A DNA stretch of 64,000 nt from an uncultured beta proteobacterium (GTDB taxonomy: Bacteria > Pseudomonadota > Gammaproteobacteria > Burkholderiales > Casimicrobiaceae), in contig CAVUXI010000023.1 in assembly GCA_963745385.1 (NCBI GenBank), positions 5,622-69,621 on the forward strand, read 5' to 3'. Below are positions 8,045 to 18,558 of this stretch, piece by piece (positions within the stretch are counted from its first letter, which is position 1; every line of letters begins with the position of its first letter). Below the pieces are notes generated by a model. That model searched no databases. It was given only the letters and a program-made list of their open reading frames with translations, and was not told the DNA's origin. A program made the translations under genes and the position numbers.

Positions 8045-9277
8045 CTACTTCGCTTCGAGCGACGAAATCAGTCGTTGGACGAAGCCGTCCATCGCTTTGC
8101 CGTCGATCCACCGCACGACCGCTACGAGGTCGTGCTCGCGATCCACGTAGATCATGTTGGTGCCGTTGCCGATGTGGACGAATGCGCTGGCGGGTGCGCT
8201 GGGCAGCAATTTCCGGTCGGTGTTGAGAAACCAGTTCATGAAGCCATAGGTCGGTTGCGCCGGCGTCGGCGTCTGTGCCCAGTCCATCCATTGCTTCGAG
8301 ATGAGCTGGCGATCTTTCCATTGACCGTGGTGCAGCGTGAGGTAGCCGAATCGCGCCATGTCATATGCGTGTATGACCATTCCGCCGCCCCAGTGGCCGC
8401 CGCCCGTCACCGACTGCATCAGCATGCCGTCGAGCACGATCCAGGAGTTTTCGTATCCGTACCAGCGCCAGGTGTTCGAGGCGCCGATGGGATCCATGAT
8501 GGTCTCCTTCAGAACCTGGGGCAGCGGACGCCGCCATACGTTGAGCGCGGCAAGCGCCAGCACGTTGACGCGGGTGTCGTTGTACTTGTAGACGCTGCCC
8601 GGCGCGTTTCGCGGGCGCGTCGTCCATTCCGCCGGCACGTCGCCCGGTCGGTCGGCCCAGTCAGGCTTGCCCCATAGCGTGCCTTCCCAGTCGCTTACCT
8701 GGCGCAGAAGATGGTCCCAGGTGATGGTGCGGTTGTGCGGCGTGTCGAACAGGTACAGAAAATCGGATGCGGCAAGGCTGTCGGATTTATTGCCCGAACT
8801 GCTGGAGTTGTACACAAGAACCGGCGGCACGTACTCCCGAACCGTGTCGTCGATGCTCTTGATCATGCCTCTGTCGAAAGCGATCCCAACTACGCTGGAC
8901 AGGAAGCTTTTGGTCACGCTGTGCGTCATGTCCACGCGCCATGGGTCGCCCCATTCAGCAACGATGTAGCCTCGGTAAACAATGACTCCGGTCGGGTCAC
9001 CGCGGTCCTTGATCGGTCCGATGGCGTAACCGAACGGTTCGCGCCCGAAGGTCTGGTAGTGGTTGAGCTTCAGATCGCGCGGCGACTTGGTCTCTGCGGA
9101 AATCGCGAAGTCGATGGCTTCCTTGAGCCGCGCGGGATCGATCCGCGCTTCCGCTGGAGTCTTGTGCTGCCACACGGCACCGGGGTAGTAAGTCGCAGCA
9201 TTGTTGCTGGGCTGCGCCGACGCACAGATCGGCACCACGAGCAGGAGCGCGTGCAAGACGATGCGATGAAAGCGCAT
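8045..9277 (-). CDS. Serine hydrolase, beta-lactamase/PBP-like family, secreted
   Basis: SxxK motif SVTKS and a signal peptide. The ATG at 9277 has GGAGA upstream. The ORF-track maximum start at 9289 is a TTG. Confidence 0.8.
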   Translation of the reverse strand: MRFHRIVLHALLLVVPICASAQPSNNAATYYPGAVWQHKTPAEARIDPARLKEAIDFAISAETKSPRDLKLNHYQTFGREPFGYAIGPIKDRGDPTGVIVYRGYIVAEWGDPWRVDMTHSVTKSFLSSVVGIAFDRGMIKSIDDTVREYVPPVLVYNSSSSGNKSDSLAASDFLYLFDTPHNRTITWDHLLRQVSDWEGTLWGKPDWADRPGDVPAEWTTRPRNAPGSVYKYNDTRVNVLALAALNVWRRPLPQVLKETIMDPIGASNTWRWYGYENSWIVLDGMLMQSVTGGGHWGGGMVIHAYDMARFGYLTLHHGQWKDRQLISKQWMDWAQTPTPAQPTYGFMNWFLNTDRKLLPSAPASAFVHIGNGTNMIYVDREHDLVAVVRWIDGKAMDGFVQRLISSLEAK

Positions 9278-9295
9278 GAGGTTCTCCAATCGGCG

Positions 9296-10441
9296 CTACG
9301 CCAGCGCCTGTTCGATATCGTCGAGGAGATCGTCGACGTGCTCGATGCCGATCGACAATCTCACCAGATCGGCGGGACACATCGTTCCGGGGCCTTCGAC
9401 GCTTGCGCGGTGCTCGGCGAGGCTCTCTACCGATCCCAGCGATGTCGCGCGTTTGAAGACCCGAAGCCTGGCCGTAAACGCCTTCGCTGCATCTTCACCG
9501 GCACGAAGGCGCACCGACATCATTCCTCCGAACCCGCCCTGCATTTGCTTGGCCGCCACGCCGTGCCCGGGATGCGCCGGCAAGCCGGGATAGAGCACGT
9601 GCGACAGCCTCGGGTGGCCGTCGAAACGCTCCGCGATCGCCTGCGCGCTGGCGCACGCCGCAGCCACGCGCAAATGCAGAGTCCGCATTCCGCGCAAGAG
9701 CAGCCACGCCTCGAACGGTCCCAGCACCGCACCGCAGCCGCCGCGCACGTACCGGATGCGGTGCCATAGCGCGTCGTCGTGCGCAGCGGCAAGCGCGCCA
9801 GCGATGACGTCGGAGTGCCCATTGAGATATTTGGTTGCCGAATGCATCACGACGTGTGCGCCGAGCTCGATCGGACGCGTCAGCATAGGCGTCGCGGAGG
9901 TCGAATCGACCCCGACGATGGCGCCCACTTCGTGGGCGATCTCGCTTGCGGCGGAGATGTCGGTGATCTCCCACGTCGGGTTGGCCGGTGTCTCTATCCA
10001 GATCAGCCGCGGCCGACCGGCCCGTGCTTTTTGCGCGAGATCGTCGATCGCGGCGTTGTCGTAGAACTCGATCGCGAGCCCCCACGGCGCGGCGTAGTCG
10101 AGCAGCCACTTGCGCAAGGCCCAGTACATGCTGCGGGGCGCGAGCACGCCGTCGCCCGGAGCGAGGGACTGAAACAGCGCGGCCGCGGCGGCCTGGCCGG
10201 AAGCAAACAGCATCGCGGCTGCGGCGCCTTCCAGCGACGCGATCAGCGCCTCGGCCTGGTCGTAGCTGGGATTGTCCGCACGCGAATAGACGCGTCCGCC
10301 CGGATAGGCGCCGTCTGCGCCGCGCTCATAGGTCGTCGAAACGTGGATAGGCGGGACGATCTCGGCGTACGGAACGGCGACGCGGCCCGTTCCCTGCGCG
10401 GCAATCGTCTCGCGACGCAGTTGGGATTTTCGGTCAGCCAT
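9296..10441 (-). CDS. Cys/Met-metabolism PLP-dependent enzyme (cystathionine gamma-synthase/beta-lyase family)
   Basis: 381 aa. PLP-lysine motif HSATKYLNGHSDVIAG. Family-typical N-terminus PPIHVSTTYE. Confidence 0.85.
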   Translation of the reverse strand: MADRKSQLRRETIAAQGTGRVAVPYAEIVPPIHVSTTYERGADGAYPGGRVYSRADNPSYDQAEALIASLEGAAAAMLFASGQAAAAALFQSLAPGDGVLAPRSMYWALRKWLLDYAAPWGLAIEFYDNAAIDDLAQKARAGRPRLIWIETPANPTWEITDISAASEIAHEVGAIVGVDSTSATPMLTRPIELGAHVVMHSATKYLNGHSDVIAGALAAAHDDALWHRIRYVRGGCGAVLGPFEAWLLLRGMRTLHLRVAAACASAQAIAERFDGHPRLSHVLYPGLPAHPGHGVAAKQMQGGFGGMMSVRLRAGEDAAKAFTARLRVFKRATSLGSVESLAEHRASVEGPGTMCPADLVRLSIGIEHVDDLLDDIEQALA

Positions 10442-10550
10442 CGTCGGTCATCCTGGCGTGAATTCGGAAATGCTGCGCAATCATGATAAATGAGGAACCG
10501 AAAGATCGGCCGACACCCAGGAGGAGTATAGTTATCGTGAATCCGGTCGA

Positions 10551-11618
10551 ATGCAGCGAATCATGACCTTCGCCTGGCCCGAAATGCTGTGGCTGCTTCT
10601 GTTTGCGCCTGCCTTGGTCGCTGCATACGTGTGGGCGCTGAAGCGGCAAAAGAAAGTCGCGCTCAGATACGCCAATCTGGGCCTCGTCAAGGATGCGCTG
10701 GGTCCCCGGCAGCGCATCCGGCGCCACATCCCGCCACTGCTCTTTCTGGTTGCGATGATCGCGGTCATCCTGGCGATCGCGCGTCCGAACGCCGTCGTGA
10801 CGCTGCCTTCCGACCAGCGCACGACCCTTCTCGTAATGGACGTGTCGCTCAGCATGCGCGCATCCGACGTGAAACCCAGCCGCCTCGAAGCCTCCCAGGC
10901 GGCGGCGAAGGAGTTCGTGAAGGAGCAACCCGCCGACGTCCGCGTCGGGATTGTCACGTTCGCCGGCACGGCATCCGTCGTGCAGCCGCCGACGCATAAT
11001 CGGGACGATCTGATCGCGGCCATCGACCGCTTCGAGCTTCAGCGGAACACGGCCATCGGCAGCGGCATCATCGTCGCGCTGGCGACGCTGTTTCCGGACG
11101 AGGGCATCGACCTCGAGTCGCTGGTGTTCCCCGGAGGATCGTGGGCTTCCCGCTCCAAGGGTGTCCCTATCGATCGCAGCCGGGAGCCTGAAAAGAAGGC
11201 GTTTACGCCGGTAGCCCCGGGATCCAATGCGTCGTCCGCGATCATTCTGCTCACCGACGGGCGGCGAACGACCGGCCCGGACTCGATCGATGCCGCCAAA
11301 ATGGCAGCCGATCACGGTGTCCGCATTTTCACCGTCGGGTTCGGGATGCCCGGAGGCGGCGTCGCCGACATGGACGGCTATTCGATGTACATGGCGTTCG
11401 ACGAAACGACCCTCAAGGCTATCGCCGAGACGACTCGCGGCGAGTATTTTCATGCGGCGAGCGGCGCGGAGCTGGCGACGATTTATCAGCGTCTGAATGC
11501 CCGTTTCGTGCTGGAGCGAAAGGAAACCGAGGTGAGCGCGCTTGCCATCGGCGCGGCGGCCATCCTGTTGCTCGCTGCGGGCATGCTATCGCTCACCTGG
11601 TTTAACCGCATCGTCTGA
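10551..11618 (+). CDS. VWA domain-containing membrane protein (BatA-like)
   Basis: N-terminal TM, MIDAS-type LLVMDVSLSMRASD, C-terminal TM. Alternative start at 10563. Confidence 0.8.
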   Translation: MQRIMTFAWPEMLWLLLFAPALVAAYVWALKRQKKVALRYANLGLVKDALGPRQRIRRHIPPLLFLVAMIAVILAIARPNAVVTLPSDQRTTLLVMDVSLSMRASDVKPSRLEASQAAAKEFVKEQPADVRVGIVTFAGTASVVQPPTHNRDDLIAAIDRFELQRNTAIGSGIIVALATLFPDEGIDLESLVFPGGSWASRSKGVPIDRSREPEKKAFTPVAPGSNASSAIILLTDGRRTTGPDSIDAAKMAADHGVRIFTVGFGMPGGGVADMDGYSMYMAFDETTLKAIAETTRGEYFHAASGAELATIYQRLNARFVLERKETEVSALAIGAAAILLLAAGMLSLTWFNRIV

Positions 11619-11704
11619 GAGAAAATTTCACTCGGCCGTCTTTGGACGACGCTTGTCGCCAGTCAGAACAAGCAAGCCTCGTTGTGGACATCAACAGCAT
11701 CAAC

Positions 11705-11730
11705 AAAAACGCCGCTCGCGCGGCGTTTTT
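11705..11730. terminator. Bidirectional rho-independent terminator between convergent genes
   Basis: AAAAACGCCGC-TCGC-GCGGCGTTTTT, a GC stem flanked by an A-run and a T-run. Confidence 0.6.
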
Positions 11731-11753
11731 GTCGGGGATGTCTCAGGCGCTAT

Positions 11754-12179
11754 TTATTTGCCGACGGTGGGCGGCCGCGCCGCTGTACTGCCCGGCGAGC
11801 CGGGTGCGCTCCGTGCCCGTCCGGGCGTTGCAGCGCTGACCCGGCTCTCGGGTTTCACCGTCCCGAGGAAGTCATCGATCGACAACGACGGCGAGCCGGC
11901 CTGGCCGAACACGAAAGCGGCCTGCGGGCAGCGGTCGACTTCGCTGATCATCATGTACTCGCCACGCTGGCGCATCGCCGCTCTCGCATCCGCGCCCTGA
12001 TCGCTTAGATCGACAGGCGGGATCGTGTCGCGGTAGACGACATTGTCGTTGCGGTCGAAGAGAACGTAGCAAATGAGGGCGTTGGCGGCGGTCCCGTACA
12101 GCGCGAGTGCAGTGCCGGCCAACAGGACGAGATGACGAATCGCAGGTCGCATCCGGAAGCTTTCAAGGGACGGATCCAC
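11754..12179 (-). CDS. Hypothetical exported protein
   Basis: ORF with a hydrophobic N-terminal segment (alternative ATG at 12152). No recognisable domain. Confidence 0.4.
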   Translation of the reverse strand: MDPSLESFRMRPAIRHLVLLAGTALALYGTAANALICYVLFDRNDNVVYRDTIPPVDLSDQGADARAAMRQRGEYMMISEVDRCPQAAFVFGQAGSPSLSIDDFLGTVKPESRVSAATPGRARSAPGSPGSTAARPPTVGK

Positions 12180-12321
12180 ATCCTATGCCCTGCGCAGCCG
12201 GGGTGCAATACGGCCCGAGTCCGAAACGAGGAGCTTCCGATGGTATTATCGGGCACAGCTGACGGGGGCCCTAGGGGCCGCTGAAAGCCGTGAAGGACAC
12301 CAACAACATCGGAGGGATCAG

Positions 12322-12762
12322 ATGAAGACAAGCTGGAGAATCGCCGGATCGGTCGCGCTCGTGACGGGCCTGCTTGCGGTCGGCGGATGGGCGTCGGCGC
12401 AGATGGGCAGCATGTCCGGGGGCGCCATGAACGTGACTCTAAGCGGAAGCAACGAGGTGCCGCCGGTCACCACTGCCGCCAAAGGAACCGGAACGATCAC
12501 GATCAAGGATGACCATACGGTGAGCGGGAGCATCACGGTGACGGGAATGACGCCCACGGCGGCGCACATTCACGAAGGCGCGCCGGGCGCCAACGGGCCG
12601 GTCATCGTTCCGATGACCAAGAGCGGCGACAACATGTTCATATTTCCGGCCACGGCCAAGCTTACCGACGCGCAGTACGCGAGCTTCAAGTCGGGAAATA
12701 CGTACGTCAACGTCCACACCGCTGCCAATCCGGGCGGCGAAATTCGCGCTCAACTCAAATGA
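12322..12762 (+). CDS. CHRD domain-containing periplasmic protein
   Basis: Signal peptide. CHRD-type motifs SNEVPPV, AAHIHEGAPGANGPV and YVNVHTAANPGGEIRAQL. Confidence 0.8.
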   Translation: MKTSWRIAGSVALVTGLLAVGGWASAQMGSMSGGAMNVTLSGSNEVPPVTTAAKGTGTITIKDDHTVSGSITVTGMTPTAAHIHEGAPGANGPVIVPMTKSGDNMFIFPATAKLTDAQYASFKSGNTYVNVHTAANPGGEIRAQLK

Positions 12763-12791
12763 ACATGACCTGAGCGCCGATCGGACTTGAG

Positions 12792-12816
12792 GGCCCGCGC
12801 TGCGGGCCTTTTGTTT
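12792..12816 (+). terminator. Rho-independent terminator
   Basis: GGCCCGC-GCT-GCGGGCC followed by TTTTGTTT. Confidence 0.6.
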
Positions 12817-13002
12817 GCGGCTTCGGACCCTCCTTTTCCAGACTGGTCCCGCTTGCCCGATCGTCGGCGAAGGGTATAACCTAGAGTTTCTAAAAGGCGC
12901 TTCCTTGCGTTGCCGACTCCGAGCGAGTCGCCAGCGTGGGTCGCCAAGCAGGTCGATTTCTCCTAGAACGTTCGTCGCCAAGTTCCCCGCCAAGGAGGCA
13001 TC

Positions 13003-15069
13003 GTGAACAAGCTCATTTCGATTCTGGTGTGGCCGCTCGTGGCCATCGTCGGTGCGTTTTCGTTCGCGGCGCTGGCGTTGGGTCGGGGCGAGCACGTAAG
13101 CGCCGTCTGGCTCGTGACAGCCGCACTTTCGGTGTACTTCATCGCGTACCGCTTTTACAGCAAGTACATCGCCGAACGGGTGCTGCAACTCGACGACACC
13201 CGGCCGACGCCGGCGATACGACACAACGACGGCATGGATTACGTTCCCACCAACAAGTGGGTCCTCTACGGCCATCACTTTGCCGCCATTGCAGGCGCGG
13301 GCCCGCTGGTCGGTCCGGTGCTGGCGGCGCAGATGGGTTTTCTTCCCGGGACGCTCTGGATTCTGGCCGGCGTGGTCTTTGCCGGCGCGGTGCAGGACTT
13401 CATCGTTCTGTTTGCATCGGTGAGGCGCGACGGGAAGTCGCTGGGCGAGATGATCAAGATGGAGCTGGGCCCTCTACCGGGGTCGCTTGCGCTGGTTGGC
13501 GTTCTGGCGATCATGATCATCATCCTCGCCGTTCTGAGTCTGGTCGTCGTCAAGGCGCTCACATCGAGCCCCTGGGGATTGTTCACCATCGCGGCGACCA
13601 TACCCATCGCGCTTTTCATGGGCGTCTACATGCGGCTCATCCGTCCGGGACGTGTGGGTGAGGCATCGGCCTTCGGTGTCGTGCTTCTGCTCGCTTCGCT
13701 TTATTTCGGCCGCGCGGTAGCCGCCGACCCAACCTGGGGCCCGATATTCACCCTGAGCGGGACGCAGCTTGCATGGGCCCTGATTCTGTACGGCGCGATC
13801 GCGGCGAGCCTGCCCGTGTGGCTCATGCTCGCGCCACGCGATTACCTCAGCACCTTCCTCAAGATCGGGACCGTGGTTGCGTTGGCCATCGGGATCTATG
13901 TCGTTGCACCTCCGCTGGCGATGCCGGCGGTCACGCGCTTCATCGACGGTACCGGCCCGGTATTTTCCGGGTCGCTGTTTCCGTTCCTGTTCATCACTAT
14001 CGCCTGCGGCGCGGTGTCCGGATTTCACTCGCTGATTTCGTCCGGGACCACCCCGAAGATGATCGAGCGCGAATCGCACATGCGCTTCATCGGCTTTGGC
14101 GGCATGCTCGCCGAATCCTTCGTCGCGGTGATGGCGTTGACCGCAGCGTGCGTCCTCGATCCCGGCATCTATTTCGCGATGAACGCGCCTTCCGCCCTCA
14201 TCGGCACGACGGCTGCGAACGCAGCGCAAGTGATCTCCAGCTGGGGATTCACCATCACGCCCGAGATGATCACGCAGACGGCTCAGGATATCGGCGAGAA
14301 CAGCATTCTGTCGCGCGCGGGCGGTGCGCCGACCCTGGCGGTCGGCATGGCCCAGATCCTCGCGCAAGCGCTCGGAGGAAAGTCGGTCGAGGCATTCTGG
14401 TACCACTTCGCCATTCTGTTCGAGGCGCTTTTCATCCTGACGGCGGTCGACGCGGGCACACGCGTGGGACGCTTCATGATCCAGGACATGCTGGGCCACG
14501 TATACCGGCCGCTGGGCAACACCGAGTTCCTGCCGGCGAACGTTCTCGGCACGGTGTTGTGCGTGGGCCTCTGGGGCTACTTCCTTTATCAGGGTGTCGT
14601 CGACCCGCTGGGCGGCATCAATACGCTGTGGCAGCTTTTCGGCGTCGGCAACCAGATGCTCGCGGGCATCGCGCTGCTGCTGTGCACGAGCGTGCTGGTG
14701 AAAATGAAGCGCGAGCGCTACGTCTGGGTGACCCTCCTGCCGACCGCCTGGCTGCTGGTGACGACGTTGACGGCCGGGATTCAGAAGGTGTTCCACCCGG
14801 ATCCGCGCATCGGCTTTGTGTCTTTGGCTCGCAAATTCAGCGACGCCGCGGCGCAGGGCACCGTCATCGCGCCCGCGAAGTCGATCGAGGAAATGCAGCG
14901 CGTCGCGTTCAATAACTATCTCGACGCGGTCGTCTGCTCAGCGTTCGTCCTGCTCGTCATCGCGATGTGCATCTTTGCGGTCAAGATTTGCCTGCAGGCC
15001 CTGAGACAGGCGCGACCCACCGCGCAGGAGATTCCGCCGATGGCGGGCGCGCAGGGCGCATTGGCATGA
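13003..15069 (+). CDS. cstA: Carbon starvation protein A (peptide/pyruvate transporter family)
   Basis: 688-aa polytopic membrane ORF. CstA-typical N-terminus ...YRFYSKYIAERV...VPTNKWVLYGHHFAAIAGAGPLVGPVLAAQ. GTG start with AAGGAGG upstream. Confidence 0.9.
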   Translation: MNKLISILVWPLVAIVGAFSFAALALGRGEHVSAVWLVTAALSVYFIAYRFYSKYIAERVLQLDDTRPTPAIRHNDGMDYVPTNKWVLYGHHFAAIAGAGPLVGPVLAAQMGFLPGTLWILAGVVFAGAVQDFIVLFASVRRDGKSLGEMIKMELGPLPGSLALVGVLAIMIIILAVLSLVVVKALTSSPWGLFTIAATIPIALFMGVYMRLIRPGRVGEASAFGVVLLLASLYFGRAVAADPTWGPIFTLSGTQLAWALILYGAIAASLPVWLMLAPRDYLSTFLKIGTVVALAIGIYVVAPPLAMPAVTRFIDGTGPVFSGSLFPFLFITIACGAVSGFHSLISSGTTPKMIERESHMRFIGFGGMLAESFVAVMALTAACVLDPGIYFAMNAPSALIGTTAANAAQVISSWGFTITPEMITQTAQDIGENSILSRAGGAPTLAVGMAQILAQALGGKSVEAFWYHFAILFEALFILTAVDAGTRVGRFMIQDMLGHVYRPLGNTEFLPANVLGTVLCVGLWGYFLYQGVVDPLGGINTLWQLFGVGNQMLAGIALLLCTSVLVKMKRERYVWVTLLPTAWLLVTTLTAGIQKVFHPDPRIGFVSLARKFSDAAAQGTVIAPAKSIEEMQRVAFNNYLDAVVCSAFVLLVIAMCIFAVKICLQALRQARPTAQEIPPMAGAQGALA

Positions 15070-15314
15070 AGACGACGCAGCCCGAAAACGAGGAGAATGC
15101 GACGACCGATGCGCCCGTGACGGCGTCGGCGCTCAAGAATAAGGGACGGGCGATGACGCAGGCGTTCAGGCAAGTTTTCGGCATTCCGGATTACGATCGT
15201 TATCTGACTCACTGTGCGCAGCACCATGCCGGCGAGCCTGTGCTTTCGCGGCGCGAGTTCTTCGCACAGTCGATCGATCGCAAGTACGGCAAAAGCGGGC
15301 CGAGGTGCTGCTAG
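15066..15314 (+). CDS. ybdD: YbdD/YjiX family small protein (DUF466), translationally coupled to cstA
   Basis: ATGA start/stop overlap with cstA. C-terminal FGIPDYDRYLTHC...REFF...KYGKSGPRCC matches the YbdD family pattern. Confidence 0.75.
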   Translation: MKTTQPENEENATTDAPVTASALKNKGRAMTQAFRQVFGIPDYDRYLTHCAQHHAGEPVLSRREFFAQSIDRKYGKSGPRCC

Positions 15315-15521
15315 CGCGCTTTTAGTTGCAGCGTATAGTCTAGACAGCGAGGCTCGACAGCGGGTCGGGTCGCATCCAGCGGCCCGCCAGCGGTGGTCGC
15401 GTAAGTCGCGGACCTACGACAAGGACGTTGGCGCTGACAAGAATTGCAGTGCTCGTCCGATTGCGAAAATCCGCAAGTGCGCGCAACGTCCGGCCATCGC
15501 ATCGGATTCGCGGAGCGGGAG

Positions 15522-15866
15522 ATGCCCAGCAAAAAAGTACGGACCACTGCCTGTGCACTCGTGCTTGCACTCGCCAGTGTTGGCGCGGCTCTACCCGCGC
15601 TCGCAAAGAGCGATCCGGAAAGCAACGTGGCGCCGCCGCCGCCGCGCACCGAGACGATCCCCAAGCACAAGCCAGGCTATGTCTGGGCGCCCGGTTATTG
15701 GTCGTGGAGCGAGCGCGGGCGAAAGCACGTGTGGACCCCGGGCAGGCTGCTCAAGGAAAAGCGCGGGGCGCGCTGGGTGCCTGATCAGTGGATCGAAAAG
15801 GACGGCCGCTATCACTTCAGCGAGGGACGCTGGGAGGCCAAAACGGCGGCGGGGCCGCAGCGCTGA
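15522..15866 (+). CDS. Periplasmic YXWGXW/WXXGXW-repeat protein
   Basis: ATG with GGAGCGGGAG upstream. Signal peptide, Pro-rich linker, then GYVWAPGYWSW and RWVPDQW...GRW repeats. Confidence 0.6.
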   Translation: MPSKKVRTTACALVLALASVGAALPALAKSDPESNVAPPPPRTETIPKHKPGYVWAPGYWSWSERGRKHVWTPGRLLKEKRGARWVPDQWIEKDGRYHFSEGRWEAKTAAGPQR

Positions 15867-15920
15867 GGCAGCGCTTGCTCTGCTCGCGCGTTCAGGCGTG
15901 CTGGCTGCCGGGAGTTATTA

Positions 15921-16082
15921 GTGGACTGTAACAATCAAATAGCTGGCGTCTCGCTTGCCCTCGCCGGCCGCAGCGTTGTTGCTCGTCGTCACCATAGTAT
16001 TGACTATGCTTCCTCCTCGCGTCTAGCTGCAACCGACGATCGCTGCGCGATACTGGCTGCTGATTCAACTGTTACAGCCCAC
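15921..16082 (+). mobile_element. MITE-A copy 2
   Basis: Differs from copy 1 at 2 positions by eye. Flanked by TA (15919-15920 and 16083-16084). The right end overlaps the stop codon of the GGDEF-EAL gene. Confidence 0.85.
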
Positions 16083-18307
16083 TAGTGTGTATGCGCCCTG
16101 GACTGCACGATCGAATCCCAGAGAGGATCGCTTGTTTCCGGCATGGGGAGCGGCGCAGAGGCGCGGTTTTCGCGGAGAATTTCGGCGATTGCCGGCGCCG
16201 GGAGCGGCCGGCTGAGCAGGAAGCCTTGCATGATCGTGCAGCCCAAGCTGCCGAGAAAATTGATTTGCGCCTGCGTCTCGACACCCTCGGCAACGACGGT
16301 TAGCCTAAGGCTTTGCGCCATGGCGACGATGGCGCGGGTAATGGCCGCGTCGGCCTCGCTTTCGCCGGCATCGCGAATGAATGACTGATCGAGCTTGAGC
16401 TTGTCCAGCGGCAGCCTGCGCAGATACGACAGCGAGGAATAACCCGTGCCAAAGTCGTCGATGGCGATTTTCACGCCCATCGCACGCAGCGCGGTCAGCG
16501 TCTTCAGCGCAGCATCGAAATCCTCCATCAACATCGATTCGGTCACCTCGAGCTCGAGGCAATCCAGCGGCACGCTCACCACGCGCGCGATCTCCTGCAC
16601 GCGTTCGGCGAGACCGGGATCGCTGAATTGGACGCTTGAAAGATTGACGCCGATCGTAACCGCCGGCAGCCCCTGCTGACGCCAGGCGTTGTGCTGGATG
16701 AGCGCCGTCACGAGCACCCATTCCCAGATCGCCATAATAAGCCCCGCCTCCTCGGCGACCGTGATGAAATGGTTCGGTCCAAGCAGCCCGAGCGTGGGGT
16801 GATTCCAGCGTATCAGCGCCTCGATGCCGACGACTTCGCCGGTGCTGACGTTGATCTGCGGCTGGTAGTGCAACTCGAACTGCTCGCCCTCGATCGCCTT
16901 GCGCAGATCGTGCTCGAGCGAAAGGCGCTGCGCCGTCGCGGCGCGCATCGAGTCGTTGTAGAAAAAGAAGCGGTTGCGGCCCTCCGATTTGGCGTGATAC
17001 ATCGCGACGTCGGCGTTCTTGAGCAGCGAGTCGAGGTCGTCTCCGTCTCGCGGATAGAGGACGACCCCGATCGATGCCGACACGAATATTTCCTGCTCGC
17101 CGAGAACGATCGGCTGAGCAAGCGTTTCGATCAGCCGGTTGGCGGCGCGCGATGCGTCCTGTTCGGTCGCGACGCCGTTCAACAGGACGATGAATTCGTC
17201 GCCGCCCTGGCGGCATACATCGCGCTCCGCGCCTTTGCCCGGAGTAAGTCCGGCGATGTCCTCGCCGCGCAGCCCTCGCGTGAGCCGCTGCGCGATGATG
17301 CGCAAGAGGTCGTCGCCCACGGCGTGGCCGAGCGTGTCGTTGATGCGCTTGAAGTGGTCGAGATCGAGAAACATGATCGCGAAAGGCTTGGCGTTGCGTC
17401 TCGCGGCGTCGAGAGTCTCGGCAAGCTTTTCATGGAAACGGGAGCGGTTCGGCAGCTCGGTGAGGACGTCGAAATACGCCAAGCGGTGAATCTGCTGTAT
17501 CGCGCGCGTACGCTCGGTCGCGTCCTGCAGCGTACCGGCGACTCCCTTGATCCGTCCCGACTCGTCCACCAGCGCCTCGCCGAGGACGTGCACGTGCCGC
17601 AGATCTCCTACGGGCGCAACGACGCGAACGTCGAGTCCCTGCAGGGGTGTTCCGGTCGCCAGCTTGATGAGCCAGCGCCGGAAGGCGCGGCGATCGTCGC
17701 GGTGGATAAGACCCTGAATCGCCCCGGGCGTCGGATGAAACAGCCGGGGATCGACGCCGAGAATGCGAAAGAGCTCGTCCGAGCATTCGACGCGGTTGCC
17801 GGCACGCTCCCATTCCCAGCTGCCGACGCGGGCGATGCGCTGCGCCCGTATGAGCTGTCGGGCGGCGTGACGGCTCGCTGCATTCTCGCGGCCGGCCTCC
17901 TCGGTTGCGGATTTGAGCTGCCGCCGGTCCTCGATAATCTGGCGATGCGCGTACTTGAGATCGCGGGCAAGCCTTCGGAGACTGCGCCTCCAGGTGTTCC
18001 GGTAAGGCGATTTTCCAGCGGGCTTGGCCCCGAATTGAAGCAGCACCGTGTGCAGATCGGTCACTGCGTTGGCCAGCCGGCTGGACAGTATGGCGATCCC
18101 GAGGCAGCAAAGGGTGAGCGCGCCCAGAGCGAACTGCAGCGCCGTCACGTGTCCAAAATAGACCAGAGGCAGGAGGATCGCGTGCCCCAGCACCACTATC
18201 GCCAGGGCTTGACCGACGAAGCTGCGCACGAACGCACCGCGAGATCGGGTCCAATCCGGACCTTTCCCATCGTTGGTTTCGGGCTTCGACGTCGCTGGTT
18301 CGCTCAT
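16082..18307 (-). CDS. Membrane-bound PAS-GGDEF-EAL signalling protein (diguanylate cyclase/phosphodiesterase)
   Basis: GGDEF motif RQGGDEFIVLL. EAL motifs GIEALIRW and DDFGTGYSSL. N-terminal TM segments. Likely ATG at 18307; ORF maximum is 18352. Confidence 0.85.
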   Translation of the reverse strand: MSEPATSKPETNDGKGPDWTRSRGAFVRSFVGQALAIVVLGHAILLPLVYFGHVTALQFALGALTLCCLGIAILSSRLANAVTDLHTVLLQFGAKPAGKSPYRNTWRRSLRRLARDLKYAHRQIIEDRRQLKSATEEAGRENAASRHAARQLIRAQRIARVGSWEWERAGNRVECSDELFRILGVDPRLFHPTPGAIQGLIHRDDRRAFRRWLIKLATGTPLQGLDVRVVAPVGDLRHVHVLGEALVDESGRIKGVAGTLQDATERTRAIQQIHRLAYFDVLTELPNRSRFHEKLAETLDAARRNAKPFAIMFLDLDHFKRINDTLGHAVGDDLLRIIAQRLTRGLRGEDIAGLTPGKGAERDVCRQGGDEFIVLLNGVATEQDASRAANRLIETLAQPIVLGEQEIFVSASIGVVLYPRDGDDLDSLLKNADVAMYHAKSEGRNRFFFYNDSMRAATAQRLSLEHDLRKAIEGEQFELHYQPQINVSTGEVVGIEALIRWNHPTLGLLGPNHFITVAEEAGLIMAIWEWVLVTALIQHNAWRQQGLPAVTIGVNLSSVQFSDPGLAERVQEIARVVSVPLDCLELEVTESMLMEDFDAALKTLTALRAMGVKIAIDDFGTGYSSLSYLRRLPLDKLKLDQSFIRDAGESEADAAITRAIVAMAQSLRLTVVAEGVETQAQINFLGSLGCTIMQGFLLSRPLPAPAIAEILRENRASAPLPMPETSDPLWDSIVQSRAHTH

Positions 18308-18558
18308 TACGGCTCTGGACCTCGTTGGAAAGCACGTTCTACAGGCGAGCACCTACGGCCGCAACCGGTGGCGCAGTCCAAGTGATTTGCAAGGAATGTG
18401 CCAGCGAGGTCAACGCCTCCCTGCGAGCCAATGGAACGCCGCGAATCCCATGCTTCGATCGCGCATAGGCAGAAAGTGACGCGGCGGCGACGCAGCCCTA
18501 AGCCTTTCCGCCGTTGACGTGTCGCCACCGCTGGGACGTCATTGCCGCGAGTGGGTCG